Positions 7,776-16,155 of a DNA stretch of 32,000 nt are shown here, piece by piece. The stretch comes from Candidatus Nanopusillus sp. (GTDB taxonomy: Archaea; Nanobdellota; Nanobdellia; Nanobdellales; Nanobdellaceae): positions 7,274 through 39,273 of the forward strand of contig JAPWTZ010000003.1 of the NCBI GenBank assembly GCA_028275775.1, given 5' to 3'. Numbering within the stretch: position 1 is the first letter of the stretch; each line of letters starts with the position of its first letter. Both the position numbers and the translations under genes were made by a program. The notes beneath the pieces are model-generated. The model did not search any database and had not been told where the DNA came from. It worked only from the letters and a program-made list of their open reading frames with translations.

Positions 7776-9991
7776 TTTATATATATTGTTAATTGATCTT
7801 TATATAATGTATTTACCATTGTTGTATTTAAAACATATATATTAAAGTTTTCTGAATATGTATAATTATTTACAATATTTCCTTGATATATTGTTCCATT
7901 AAATATTGTTATGTTTAAATTATTAAAATAAAAATATGCATTTTGATAATTTTCTGATAAATTAATTAAATTATTTAAATTTATTACATTTATTGGTTTA
8001 ATATAATTTATCTCAATATATGGAATTTGAGTAGAAAATGCTAAATATAATGCGGTTTGTTTATCTAAATTTGGATTTGAATATAGATAGAAGTAATAAT
8101 TTTGATAATTATAATTATTATTTAATGTTGCATTTAAGAAATAAAGATTATTATAATTATAGTTATTATATGAGGAAATATATGAAATATATATTGTTGG
8201 ATTATAATTTGTATATAATATAGAATCTAAGTGTCCAGAACAAGTAATAGTCTCTATAAAAGTTTGTATATTATATTTATAATATTTTCTTAATATTATA
8301 CCATTCTCATATTCATAATAAAAATATCCATTATATAAATTGTTTAGGTCAAATATTTTATTATAAATATTAGTTGAGTCTAAAATAAAACCATAATAAG
8401 ATTGCGAAGTATTCCAAAATATCATATTATTTGAATTGTAGTATTTTTCTGTATTAAATATATACCAATAAGTATTAGAAAATATTATATCCTTTATAGA
8501 TAGATTTGTAGAATTATATAGATATAATAAGGCTAATGAGTCATTGTAAACATAGGGAGTTAAATTATAAGGCTCATATTGGGAAGTATAGAAAGAAAAA
8601 CCAATAAATGTATATAAACTGCATATGTTTAAATAACTTGATGGAATAGAATAGTAGTTGTTACCATAATTATCTGTTAGATAAGAAAAGTATGCTAAAT
8701 TCATACCATTATTATTATATATTGCAAAGTCATTATTATAATTCAATAGTGGAATTTCTCCACTACCTAAATCATTATATTGAGAAAAGTCATAAGTTAA
8801 ATTCGGACCTATAATAAATTTATAATTATTAGTTAAATTTGGTTGATAAATAATTTTTATATTTGGTATTACATTATATGGAATTATATTTATATAATAT
8901 GCAATAATATTTTGACCATATATTTGTAAATTAGCGCTATTATCATTATTATAACAATAATAAACATATAAAGAATTTGGATTTCCAGAAGATGGTAGAT
9001 TTATATTACAATTATCTCCTAATTGTATATAAGCATTATAAAGACTACTATTTTTAATATTAAATAATATTAAATAATTGCCTTTAGGAATACTATTTTT
9101 ATAAGTAATTTTAAAGTTATTATACTGTGTACTGTAAATATAATCTCCAGGATTCATATATATAATATTTATAGGGGTATTATTTATCCAATATTGACTA
9201 AACTGTTGATAATTTTGATAACTAAAATTATCATATACCGGAAATATTTCTTTTCCATCAACTGAATAACTATTTGTTCCATTTATTGGAGAAATGTTTA
9301 ATACTACATAACTATTTGGAGAAATATTTAAATCAATCCAAATTCCATAAGCATTATTATTAAAACTATTACAATTTAAATTATTATTTAAATAACAAAA
9401 ATAATAATTATTTCTATTTAAATCTTCTACAGATAGATTATAACCATTTTGTAACCAATAAAAAATATCGGTAGAAGTTATAAATACAGGATAATTAGTT
9501 AAAGGTTGATTTGAAGGATTTGAAACATTTATTAAAACATATTGTGGTTGATTATTGTTTATATTAAAATTTAGAAAGTTTGCATAAAAAAATATTCCAA
9601 CATTTGGATCTAAATATGTATTATTTGTATTATTTAATACTCCAGAATAATTTGTTAAAAAGGATATATTTAATGGATAATATATTGGAAATGATGTACA
9701 AAAATCATTATATGCATTTTCATAAATTGAATTATTATATATTGGAGAATTTTGTAAACATTGATAATACATAGATAATGGTATTGAAACATTTAATGAC
9801 AATAAATAATATTTAGTTTCAATTGAATTTAATATATTGTTTATATAATCATTATAATAATTTATTTGATCATAATTATTGATATTGTTTATTATGTATC
9901 CTCTATACATTGCTAAATAAAATGTTAAAAATGAAATAAAAATTACTATTGCAATTATACCTTCTATTTCCTTTACTATCCCTCTAACCAT
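7772..9991 (-). CDS. Large (739 aa from the proposed start) Asn/Tyr-rich, sequon-dense surface protein with a class III-like signal or N-terminal anchor
   Basis: The long ORF reaches 10033, but the first 14 codons lie inside the ATPase gene. The internal start at 9991 gives MVRG|IVKEIEGIIAIVIFISFLTFYLA. There are no other hydrophobic segments. I counted more than 20 N-x-S/T sequons by eye, and Lys and Glu are very scarce compared with neighbouring proteins. Confidence 0.6.
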   Translation of the reverse strand: MVRGIVKEIEGIIAIVIFISFLTFYLAMYRGYIINNINNYDQINYYNDYINNILNSIETKYYLLSLNVSIPLSMYYQCLQNSPIYNNSIYENAYNDFCTSFPIYYPLNISFLTNYSGVLNNTNNTYLDPNVGIFFYANFLNFNINNNQPQYVLINVSNPSNQPLTNYPVFITSTDIFYWLQNGYNLSVEDLNRNNYYFCYLNNNLNCNSFNNNAYGIWIDLNISPNSYVVLNISPINGTNSYSVDGKEIFPVYDNFSYQNYQQFSQYWINNTPINIIYMNPGDYIYSTQYNNFKITYKNSIPKGNYLILFNIKNSSLYNAYIQLGDNCNINLPSSGNPNSLYVYYCYNNDNSANLQIYGQNIIAYYINIIPYNVIPNIKIIYQPNLTNNYKFIIGPNLTYDFSQYNDLGSGEIPLLNYNNDFAIYNNNGMNLAYFSYLTDNYGNNYYSIPSSYLNICSLYTFIGFSFYTSQYEPYNLTPYVYNDSLALLYLYNSTNLSIKDIIFSNTYWYIFNTEKYYNSNNMIFWNTSQSYYGFILDSTNIYNKIFDLNNLYNGYFYYEYENGIILRKYYKYNIQTFIETITCSGHLDSILYTNYNPTIYISYISSYNNYNYNNLYFLNATLNNNYNYQNYYFYLYSNPNLDKQTALYLAFSTQIPYIEINYIKPINVINLNNLINLSENYQNAYFYFNNLNITIFNGTIYQGNIVNNYTYSENFNIYVLNTTMVNTLYKDQLTIYIK

Positions 9992-11274
9992 AATCTTTTT
10001 CTTATTAATGTAGGATCTGCACCTCCATGCCAAGAAACCCTCGGTTTCATTTGAACAGGATATATTCTTTCAGATTTATCATCTAAAATTAAAGCAGCAC
10101 CTTTTTTCTTTGGTAAATTTTCATTCATATATATATCAATATCCTGTGCAGTAAAATTCTTCATTATTTCATTTAAAGATTTTAAATCTCTTTCTGCAGT
10201 TACTCTATGTGATATAACTATATCACTTTGGGTAATTACATCTGTATGCATTTTACCAGGTTGCTGTGTTGCCAATACTAATGTTATACCAGGTTGCCTT
10301 CCTTCTCTTATTATTTGTATTAAAGGTTCTGTTGCTGGTGTAATTGAATCATTTGGAATTGCCTCATGTGCTTCATCAATTGCAATCCATATTAATGGAA
10401 ATTCTCTTGTACCCAATTCTTTTGAAATATATATTTCTTCTAATTCTTCTACTTTTCTATATATTAATCTTTGATAAAATATTTTCTTAGATATTAATCC
10501 AATTACTAAATTTTTTATTGACCATCCCCCAGTTATTGCAGTATATAAAGATATATCTAATATATTTATATAACCTGGCTTTGTTAAATTTCTTATACTT
10601 TCAGCTTTTTCAGAAAATAATCCCCAGCTATCTGCATTTTCAAAATATGTAGTTATAGCATTTTTCATATTACTATCTATATCTAATTTTTCAGTATAAT
10701 TTATTATATCCTGTATAGAATATCCATTATTGTTTTCCTTCATTCTTTTTATAATTTTTTGTATATATAATGCAATATTTGATGTTGGATCTAAATTAAA
10801 TGTTAAAACCCATTCAATTCCTGATAGATCTGATGGATTTAATTGAAAAACATCATCTATAGGAATATTTATTTTTCTATATTCATCTAATAAACCTTTG
10901 GGAACCAATATTCTACAGTTTTTTATTGATTTTGGTTTTAAACCCCATTTTTCTAATAATTCAGCATCTCTATAATTTGGAAATTTCATTGTCCAAAATA
11001 TTCCCATTGTATCAAATATTAATCCTGAGAAATTATTTAATAAATCTTTTTCAAGATCAGATAGACTTTCAAATATTGAAGCTAATGTATAACTTTTTCC
11101 TTGTCCCCTTTTTCCAGCAATTAATATTAAATGTGGAAGATTTACATCTAAATAAACTGTATTTGCTAAAGACAAAGCATTTTCCATTTTTATATATTCT
11201 TTACCTATGAAAATTGATCCTTTCAATCCATATTTTTCTAAATCATCTAATGATCTTCCTACAATAATATCCAT
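9976..11274 (-). CDS. HerA/FtsK-superfamily P-loop ATPase (DUF87 / COG0433 type)
   Basis: Walker A LILIAGKRGQGKSYT, Walker B LIWIAIDEAHEAIP, and the conserved C-terminal block LVLATQQPGKMHTDVITQSDIVISHRVTAERDLKSL, typical of HerA-like ATPases. Confidence 0.75.
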   Translation of the reverse strand: MDIIVGRSLDDLEKYGLKGSIFIGKEYIKMENALSLANTVYLDVNLPHLILIAGKRGQGKSYTLASIFESLSDLEKDLLNNFSGLIFDTMGIFWTMKFPNYRDAELLEKWGLKPKSIKNCRILVPKGLLDEYRKINIPIDDVFQLNPSDLSGIEWVLTFNLDPTSNIALYIQKIIKRMKENNNGYSIQDIINYTEKLDIDSNMKNAITTYFENADSWGLFSEKAESIRNLTKPGYINILDISLYTAITGGWSIKNLVIGLISKKIFYQRLIYRKVEELEEIYISKELGTREFPLIWIAIDEAHEAIPNDSITPATEPLIQIIREGRQPGITLVLATQQPGKMHTDVITQSDIVISHRVTAERDLKSLNEIMKNFTAQDIDIYMNENLPKKKGAALILDDKSERIYPVQMKPRVSWHGGADPTLIRKRLWLEG

Positions 11275-11311
11275 ACATTTTATGTAAATTTTTATAATTA
11301 ATAAATTAATA

Positions 11312-11920
11312 ATGCAAAGTAAATATACAGCTTTATTGATTGGTAGATTTCAGCCATTTCATATTGGTCATTTGAATAGTTTATGGAAAATTCTAGAAAA
11401 ATATGATGTAAATAATATAAAAATTATTGTTGCTAGAAAAGAAAATTCTAGATTAGATAGTAATCCGATACCATTAGATGTTACAATAGATAATATATCA
11501 AAAGGTTTAGAGATGATATATGGAGAAAAATATAATATTGAAGTATATGGTATTTACTATAAAAATTTAATTGATCTCTTTGTTAAAATTGGAAATATTC
11601 TTAATTATAATAAATGGAAAACAGATTACATAATAAATACTGGTGATATAAAACGTTTAATAATGTTTAAAATAGTTAGAATATTTTATAAAATAATTTA
11701 TGATATAGACCTTAAGGTTATTTATAGTCCTAGAATTATTAGTGGAAAAGAAATTAGGGAAAATCTAAGAAATGGAAATATAAAATATGTTAAATATATA
11801 GTTTATCCAGAAAAAGAAATAATAAATTATATTATGCACCCGCCGGGATTTGAACCCGGGTCGCGGGCTTGGAAGGCCCGCATCCTGCCACTAGACGACG
11901 GGTGCAATATATATTCTTAA
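11312..11920 (+). CDS. nadM: Nicotinamide-nucleotide adenylyltransferase (archaeal NadM type)
   Basis: N-terminal ALLIGRFQPFHIGHLNSL matches the GRFQPxHxGH motif. The last about 27 codons are the antisense of tRNA-Gly, so the true C-terminus is uncertain. Confidence 0.7.
   Translation: MQSKYTALLIGRFQPFHIGHLNSLWKILEKYDVNNIKIIVARKENSRLDSNPIPLDVTIDNISKGLEMIYGEKYNIEVYGIYYKNLIDLFVKIGNILNYNKWKTDYIINTGDIKRLIMFKIVRIFYKIIYDIDLKVIYSPRIISGKEIRENLRNGNIKYVKYIVYPEKEIINYIMHPPGFEPGSRAWKARILPLDDGCNIYS
11835..11905 (-). tRNA. tRNA-Gly (anticodon UCC), no intron, CCA not encoded
   Basis: Reverse complement: GCACCCG TC GTCT AGTGGCA GGAT G CGGGC CTTCCAA GCCCG CGA CCCGG GTTCAAA TCCCGG... CGGGTGC A. The 7-bp acceptor, 5-bp anticodon stem, loop CU-UCC-AA and GTTCAAATC T-loop are all present. 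Confidence 0.9.
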
Positions 11921-12044
11921 TAAGTTTAATATTATTAAACTTTGTAATCTTATCAATTGAATATTTTAAAGGAGAGAATAATGAAAATATAACTTTGTAA
12001 TTAAAATTATTTATATTTTTAAAGCATATTAAATATGATTAGTT

Positions 12045-12761
12045 ATGGACAATATTCCAAAACACGTAGCAGTTATACCAGATGGTAATAGAAGGTATGC
12101 TAAAAAATATAATTTATCTATCTATGAAGCATACAAAATTGGTTCTGATAAAGCTGTGGAATTTTTAAATTGGTGTATAGAATTTGGTATAAAAGTTGCT
12201 ACAATTTTTATTATTTCATATGACAATTTTATAAAAAGACCAAAAGAAGAAGTAGATCCTATACTAGAATTATTAAGAGAAAAATTAAAAATGGTAAGAG
12301 AAGATAAAAGGATTATTGAAAATGAAGTAAAAATAAAGATAATTGGTAGGACATATCTTTTACCAGATGATATTCAGAAGGAAATAAAATTAGTAGAAGA
12401 TCTGACAAAAAATAATTCTAAATATTATTTAAATTTGGCAGTTATATATGGAAGCAGGCAAGAAATAATTGATGGTATTAAAAAATTATTTGAAGATTTT
12501 AAAAAAGGTATTATAGATATTAATAATTTGGATGAATCATTATTTATGAAATATTTATATTTTGATGATGAAATTCCATATCCAGAGCCAGATTTAATAA
12601 TAAGAACAAGTGGAGAACATAGAATAAGTAATTATCTATTATATCAGGCTGCATATTCTGAATTATATTTTATAGATAAATATTGGCCAGAGATTACAAA
12701 AGAAGATTTTATAAACGCAATTGAATGGTATAAGAAAAGGGAAAGAAGATTTGGAAAATAA
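12045..12761 (+). CDS. uppS: Undecaprenyl (cis-prenyl) diphosphate synthase
   Basis: HVAVIPDGNRRYAKK and IRTSGEHRISNYLLYQAAYSELYFIDKYWPE motifs. Confidence 0.9.
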   Translation: MDNIPKHVAVIPDGNRRYAKKYNLSIYEAYKIGSDKAVEFLNWCIEFGIKVATIFIISYDNFIKRPKEEVDPILELLREKLKMVREDKRIIENEVKIKIIGRTYLLPDDIQKEIKLVEDLTKNNSKYYLNLAVIYGSRQEIIDGIKKLFEDFKKGIIDINNLDESLFMKYLYFDDEIPYPEPDLIIRTSGEHRISNYLLYQAAYSELYFIDKYWPEITKEDFINAIEWYKKRERRFGK

Positions 12762-12833
12762 TGGACCCGCCGGGATTTGAACCCGGGATCTCCGGCTAGC
12801 CAGGCCGACATCCTACGACTAGACTACGGGCCC
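12762..12833 (-). tRNA. tRNA-Ala (anticodon GGC), no intron, CCA not encoded
   Basis: Reverse complement: GGGCCCG TA GTCT AGTCGTA GGAT G TCGGC CTGGCTA GCCGG AGAT CCGGG TTCAAAT CCCGG CGGGTCC A. It has the G3:U70 Ala identity pair. Caveat: position 37 reads U, which is unusual. It starts 1 nt after the uppS stop. Confidence 0.8.
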
Positions 12834-12858
12834 AATAAATTTTAAATATCCTTTAAAT

Positions 12859-14109
12859 TTATATATAATATGCCGGAATAGTATATACTTTTGTATTATA
12901 AATATCTCTCACTTCAAATTCATCTAAAGTTATTATTAATCCTTTCTCTGGTTTATATTTTTTAATAAATGTGTAAAAGCCCCTATTAATTCTTCTAGAT
13001 GTTTTTACTTCTATTGGAATAATTTTATCTCCTTTTGTTAAAATAAAATCTATTTCTGCCTTTCCAGTTGTCCTCCAATAATTTATTTTCCAATCTGAGA
13101 AATTTTTTAATAATTCAATATAAACAAAGTTTTCTAATAATTGTCCTTTATCTGTTCTTTTATCATATTCTAAAAAATTATCTATAACAGAATTTCTCAA
13201 ACCCAGGTCTATAAAATATATTTTTTTAGCTTTTTTTAATTCTGTTACAATATTTTTATGAAAAGGTTCAATTAGATCTATTATATATGTGTGTTTTAAT
13301 ATTGTTATATAATTTTCAACTTTTCTATAACTTATTTTTAATTCTTTAGAAACTGAAGAAATATCTAAAATATTTCCTATTATAAAGGATAAATATCTAG
13401 TAAGATCTATAAATTTTGAAGAATCATAAATATGGAAAAAATTTACAATATCCTTTTCAATATATAAATTATATAGATTTTTTAATAATATTTTCTTTTC
13501 TTCAAAATCTTTTGCTATAGAAACTTCTGGATATCCTCCATATATTAAATATTCTTTTAAATATTTTACTATTTCCTCATTAAAAGATGGTTTTTTAATT
13601 TCATCATCTTTTTCTAAAAATTCCCTTAAAGATTCCCTTTTTTCTTTTACTAAATTTGCAAGTCCTTTATCTTTTGATAATAAAAATTCATAGAAATTAA
13701 AAGGATATAAAGTAAATAATATTAATCTTCCAACCAAATCTGGAAGTATTTTTGTATTAATTTCTAATGTTGAAGATCCAGATATAAAAATTTTAATATC
13801 GTCAAAATTATCATATATTATTTTCAATATTTTTCCACCATCCTTTAATTTTTGAATTTCATCTAAAAAAAGAAATAATTTCTTTTCATCTTTATATCTT
13901 TTAATAAAATCTATATAATTTTCTTCAAAATTTTTTCTATATTCATCTATATACATATCAATATATACTTTATTTTCATTGATTTTTTCATAAATATTTT
14001 TTAATAATGTAGTTTTTCCAGCCTGTCTTGGTCCTCTTATTCCTATTATTTCCTTTCTTCCGATAAACTTATTTATTTTTTCTTCTATTTCTCTATTTAT
14101 ATATGTCAT
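12859..14109 (-). CDS. AAA-family ATPase with a DUF4143-like C-terminal domain (COG1373 type)
   Basis: Walker A GIRGPRQAGKTTLL and Walker B LFLFLDEIQKL. The C-terminal region resembles the restriction-endonuclease-like fold of this family (GKAEIDFIL...IPIEVK). Confidence 0.75.
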   Translation of the reverse strand: MTYINREIEEKINKFIGRKEIIGIRGPRQAGKTTLLKNIYEKINENKVYIDMYIDEYRKNFEENYIDFIKRYKDEKKLFLFLDEIQKLKDGGKILKIIYDNFDDIKIFISGSSTLEINTKILPDLVGRLILFTLYPFNFYEFLLSKDKGLANLVKEKRESLREFLEKDDEIKKPSFNEEIVKYLKEYLIYGGYPEVSIAKDFEEKKILLKNLYNLYIEKDIVNFFHIYDSSKFIDLTRYLSFIIGNILDISSVSKELKISYRKVENYITILKHTYIIDLIEPFHKNIVTELKKAKKIYFIDLGLRNSVIDNFLEYDKRTDKGQLLENFVYIELLKNFSDWKINYWRTTGKAEIDFILTKGDKIIPIEVKTSRRINRGFYTFIKKYKPEKGLIITLDEFEVRDIYNTKVYTIPAYYI

Positions 14110-14163
14110 AATAACTCTATTATTTTTTCAATCCTTATAAAAATAACTCTATTATTTTATCAA
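14110..14163. repeat. 22-nt direct repeat (21/22 identical) with 32-nt periodicity, flanking a TATA-like element in a divergent promoter region
   Basis: aataactctattattttttcaa (14110-14131) and aataactctattattttatcaa (14142-14163). Between them, the minus strand reads TTTTATAAGG about 28 nt upstream of the ATPase ATG at 14109. Confidence 0.7.
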
Positions 14164-14213
14164 ATATAGTTAGAATATTAAATATTTTTTAAGTATGAAA
14201 ATAATTATAATTT

Positions 14214-16118
14214 ATGGTTTATGGATATATGGGAAAGATTTTAAGAGTAAATTTAACTGAAGAGAAAATTTCTATAGAATCTTTACCTTCAGAAGATATA
14301 TTGAGAAAATGGTTGGGAGGAAGGGGAATTGGTACATATTATATAATAAAGGAAGTACCACCCAATGTAGATCCTTTAAGTCCCGAAAACAAATTAATTA
14401 TTGCTACAGGACCTGTAACTGGAATTACTGGAATTCCAACTGCTGGAAGATGGTCTATTGTTACGAAATCTCCAATAACAAATACAATTTATGAAGGAAA
14501 TGCTGGAGGAAAATTTAGTGCAGAATTAAAATTTTCAGGTTTTGATTTTATAATAATTGAAGGAAAAGCAAATAGACCTGTATATTTATGGATATATAAT
14601 GGAAAAGCAGAAATAAGAGATGCAAAACATTTATGGGGAAAGACAGTTTATCAAACTGTGGATTTAATTAGGGAAGAACTATCATCAATTGTAGGAAAGG
14701 ATGATGCAAAAAATATTAAAGTAATTAGTATAGGACCTGCAGGTGAAAAATTAGTTAAAATAGCTGCTGTAATAGAAGATAAAGGAAAAGGTGCTGTTGG
14801 AAGAGGTGGAATTGCAGCTGTATTTGGAAGTAAGAATTTAAAGGCAATTGCTGTGAGAGGAAATTTAAAACCTCAAATTGCAAATCAAGAAAAATTCAGA
14901 GAAGTTATTTTGAAATCTTCACAATTTGTAAGAAATTCTACTATTACATCTATAATATTACCAAAATATGGGACTGCAGGATTCTTAGCAAAAGCCTTAG
15001 GAGAAAAAGGTATGATACCTGTAAAAAATTATCAAACAAATGTATTTTCAGATTTTAATAAATTATCTGGAGAAACTATTGTAAAAGAATATTTAGATCA
15101 AGAAAAAACAAGAGAATCAATATGTTGGGGATGTCCAATAGGATGTAAAAAATATACAAGGGTTGATAAACCATTATTTAGTACAGAGGGAGAAGGTCCA
15201 GAATATATGGGTGTATGGGGATTTGGATATAATCTAAATAATGATAATTTACCTTCTGTTTTAAGGGCTTACCATTTATGTAATGAATTAGGTTTAGATA
15301 TTGTTGGAACAGGTCATGTTATTGGAACATTTATTGAATTTGTTGAAAAAGGAAAAATACCAAATGAAAAATTGGAAGGATTAAAAGTTAATTGGGGAGA
15401 TCCAGAATTAATTATTGAATTAATATATAGAATTGCAAATAGAATTGGAATTGGGGATGATTTATCAGAAGGTACAAAGGAATTTGCAAAGAAATATAAT
15501 GCAGAAGAATATGCAATGATAAATAAAAGGGGAATGCCTTTGTTTGGTTTTGATCCAAGAGGAGCACAGGGTTATGGATTATGGTATGCAACAAGTAATA
15601 CAGGTGATTATGATCAATTAGGATTATTTAAAGAAGTTACAGAACCAACTTATTTAGGAAATAATAATATTAATAGATTTGAAACAAAAGGAAAAGGAGA
15701 ATTAATAAAAAAAGAACAAGATTTGGCTGCAGCAATTGATAGTATGATTGTATGTAGATTTTCAAGGTATGCATTAAATGAAGAAATATATGCTGAACAA
15801 TTATCTTCAGTTACTGGATGGGATATTAATCCTCAAGAATTATTAAAAATTGGAGAAAGAATATGGAATGCAGAAAGGGTATATAATATTTTAGTATTTG
15901 GAGATAATTCAGAATATGATAATTTACCAAAAAGATTCTTAGAAGAACCATTTAAAGAGGGACCTTCTGCAGGTTATGTAGTAAAAATTAATGAAATGTT
16001 ACCTGAATATTATAAAGCGAGAGGTTGGATAAATGGAAGACCTACAAGAGAGAAGTTAGAAGAATTAGATTTAAAATGGTTAGCAGATATTTTAGAGGAA
16101 AAGCATTTATTACTTTAA
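14214..16118 (+). CDS. aor: Tungsten-containing aldehyde:ferredoxin oxidoreductase (AOR family, AOR-proper type)
   Basis: GKILRVNLTE...WLGGRGIGTYY...VDPLSPENKLIIATGP at the N-terminus. 4Fe-4S ligands CWGCPIGC plus the later Cys in DSMIVCRFS. EGPEYM and IGERIWNAERVYN...LPKRFLEEP...MLPEYYKARGW closely follow the Pyrococcus AOR pattern as I recall it. Confidence 0.85.
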   Translation: MVYGYMGKILRVNLTEEKISIESLPSEDILRKWLGGRGIGTYYIIKEVPPNVDPLSPENKLIIATGPVTGITGIPTAGRWSIVTKSPITNTIYEGNAGGKFSAELKFSGFDFIIIEGKANRPVYLWIYNGKAEIRDAKHLWGKTVYQTVDLIREELSSIVGKDDAKNIKVISIGPAGEKLVKIAAVIEDKGKGAVGRGGIAAVFGSKNLKAIAVRGNLKPQIANQEKFREVILKSSQFVRNSTITSIILPKYGTAGFLAKALGEKGMIPVKNYQTNVFSDFNKLSGETIVKEYLDQEKTRESICWGCPIGCKKYTRVDKPLFSTEGEGPEYMGVWGFGYNLNNDNLPSVLRAYHLCNELGLDIVGTGHVIGTFIEFVEKGKIPNEKLEGLKVNWGDPELIIELIYRIANRIGIGDDLSEGTKEFAKKYNAEEYAMINKRGMPLFGFDPRGAQGYGLWYATSNTGDYDQLGLFKEVTEPTYLGNNNINRFETKGKGELIKKEQDLAAAIDSMIVCRFSRYALNEEIYAEQLSSVTGWDINPQELLKIGERIWNAERVYNILVFGDNSEYDNLPKRFLEEPFKEGPSAGYVVKINEMLPEYYKARGWINGRPTREKLEELDLKWLADILEEKHLLL

Positions 16119-16155
16119 TTTTTAAAAATTTAAAATAAATAAAAACTTTAAATTT

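Noticed and set aside
9992-10033. N-terminal extension MAWRCRSYINKKKI of the 753-aa ORF.
   Set aside because: These codons lie inside the ATPase coding region. The internal ATG at 9991 gives a canonical short basic N-terminus followed by a hydrophobic helix. The extension is possible but unnecessary.
14214-16118. Calling the AOR-family enzyme GAPOR (glyceraldehyde-3-phosphate:ferredoxin oxidoreductase).
   Set aside because: The N- and C-terminal blocks follow the broad-specificity AOR pattern closely, as far as I can recall it, and nothing GAPOR-specific is evident. Subfamily assignment needs a phylogeny.
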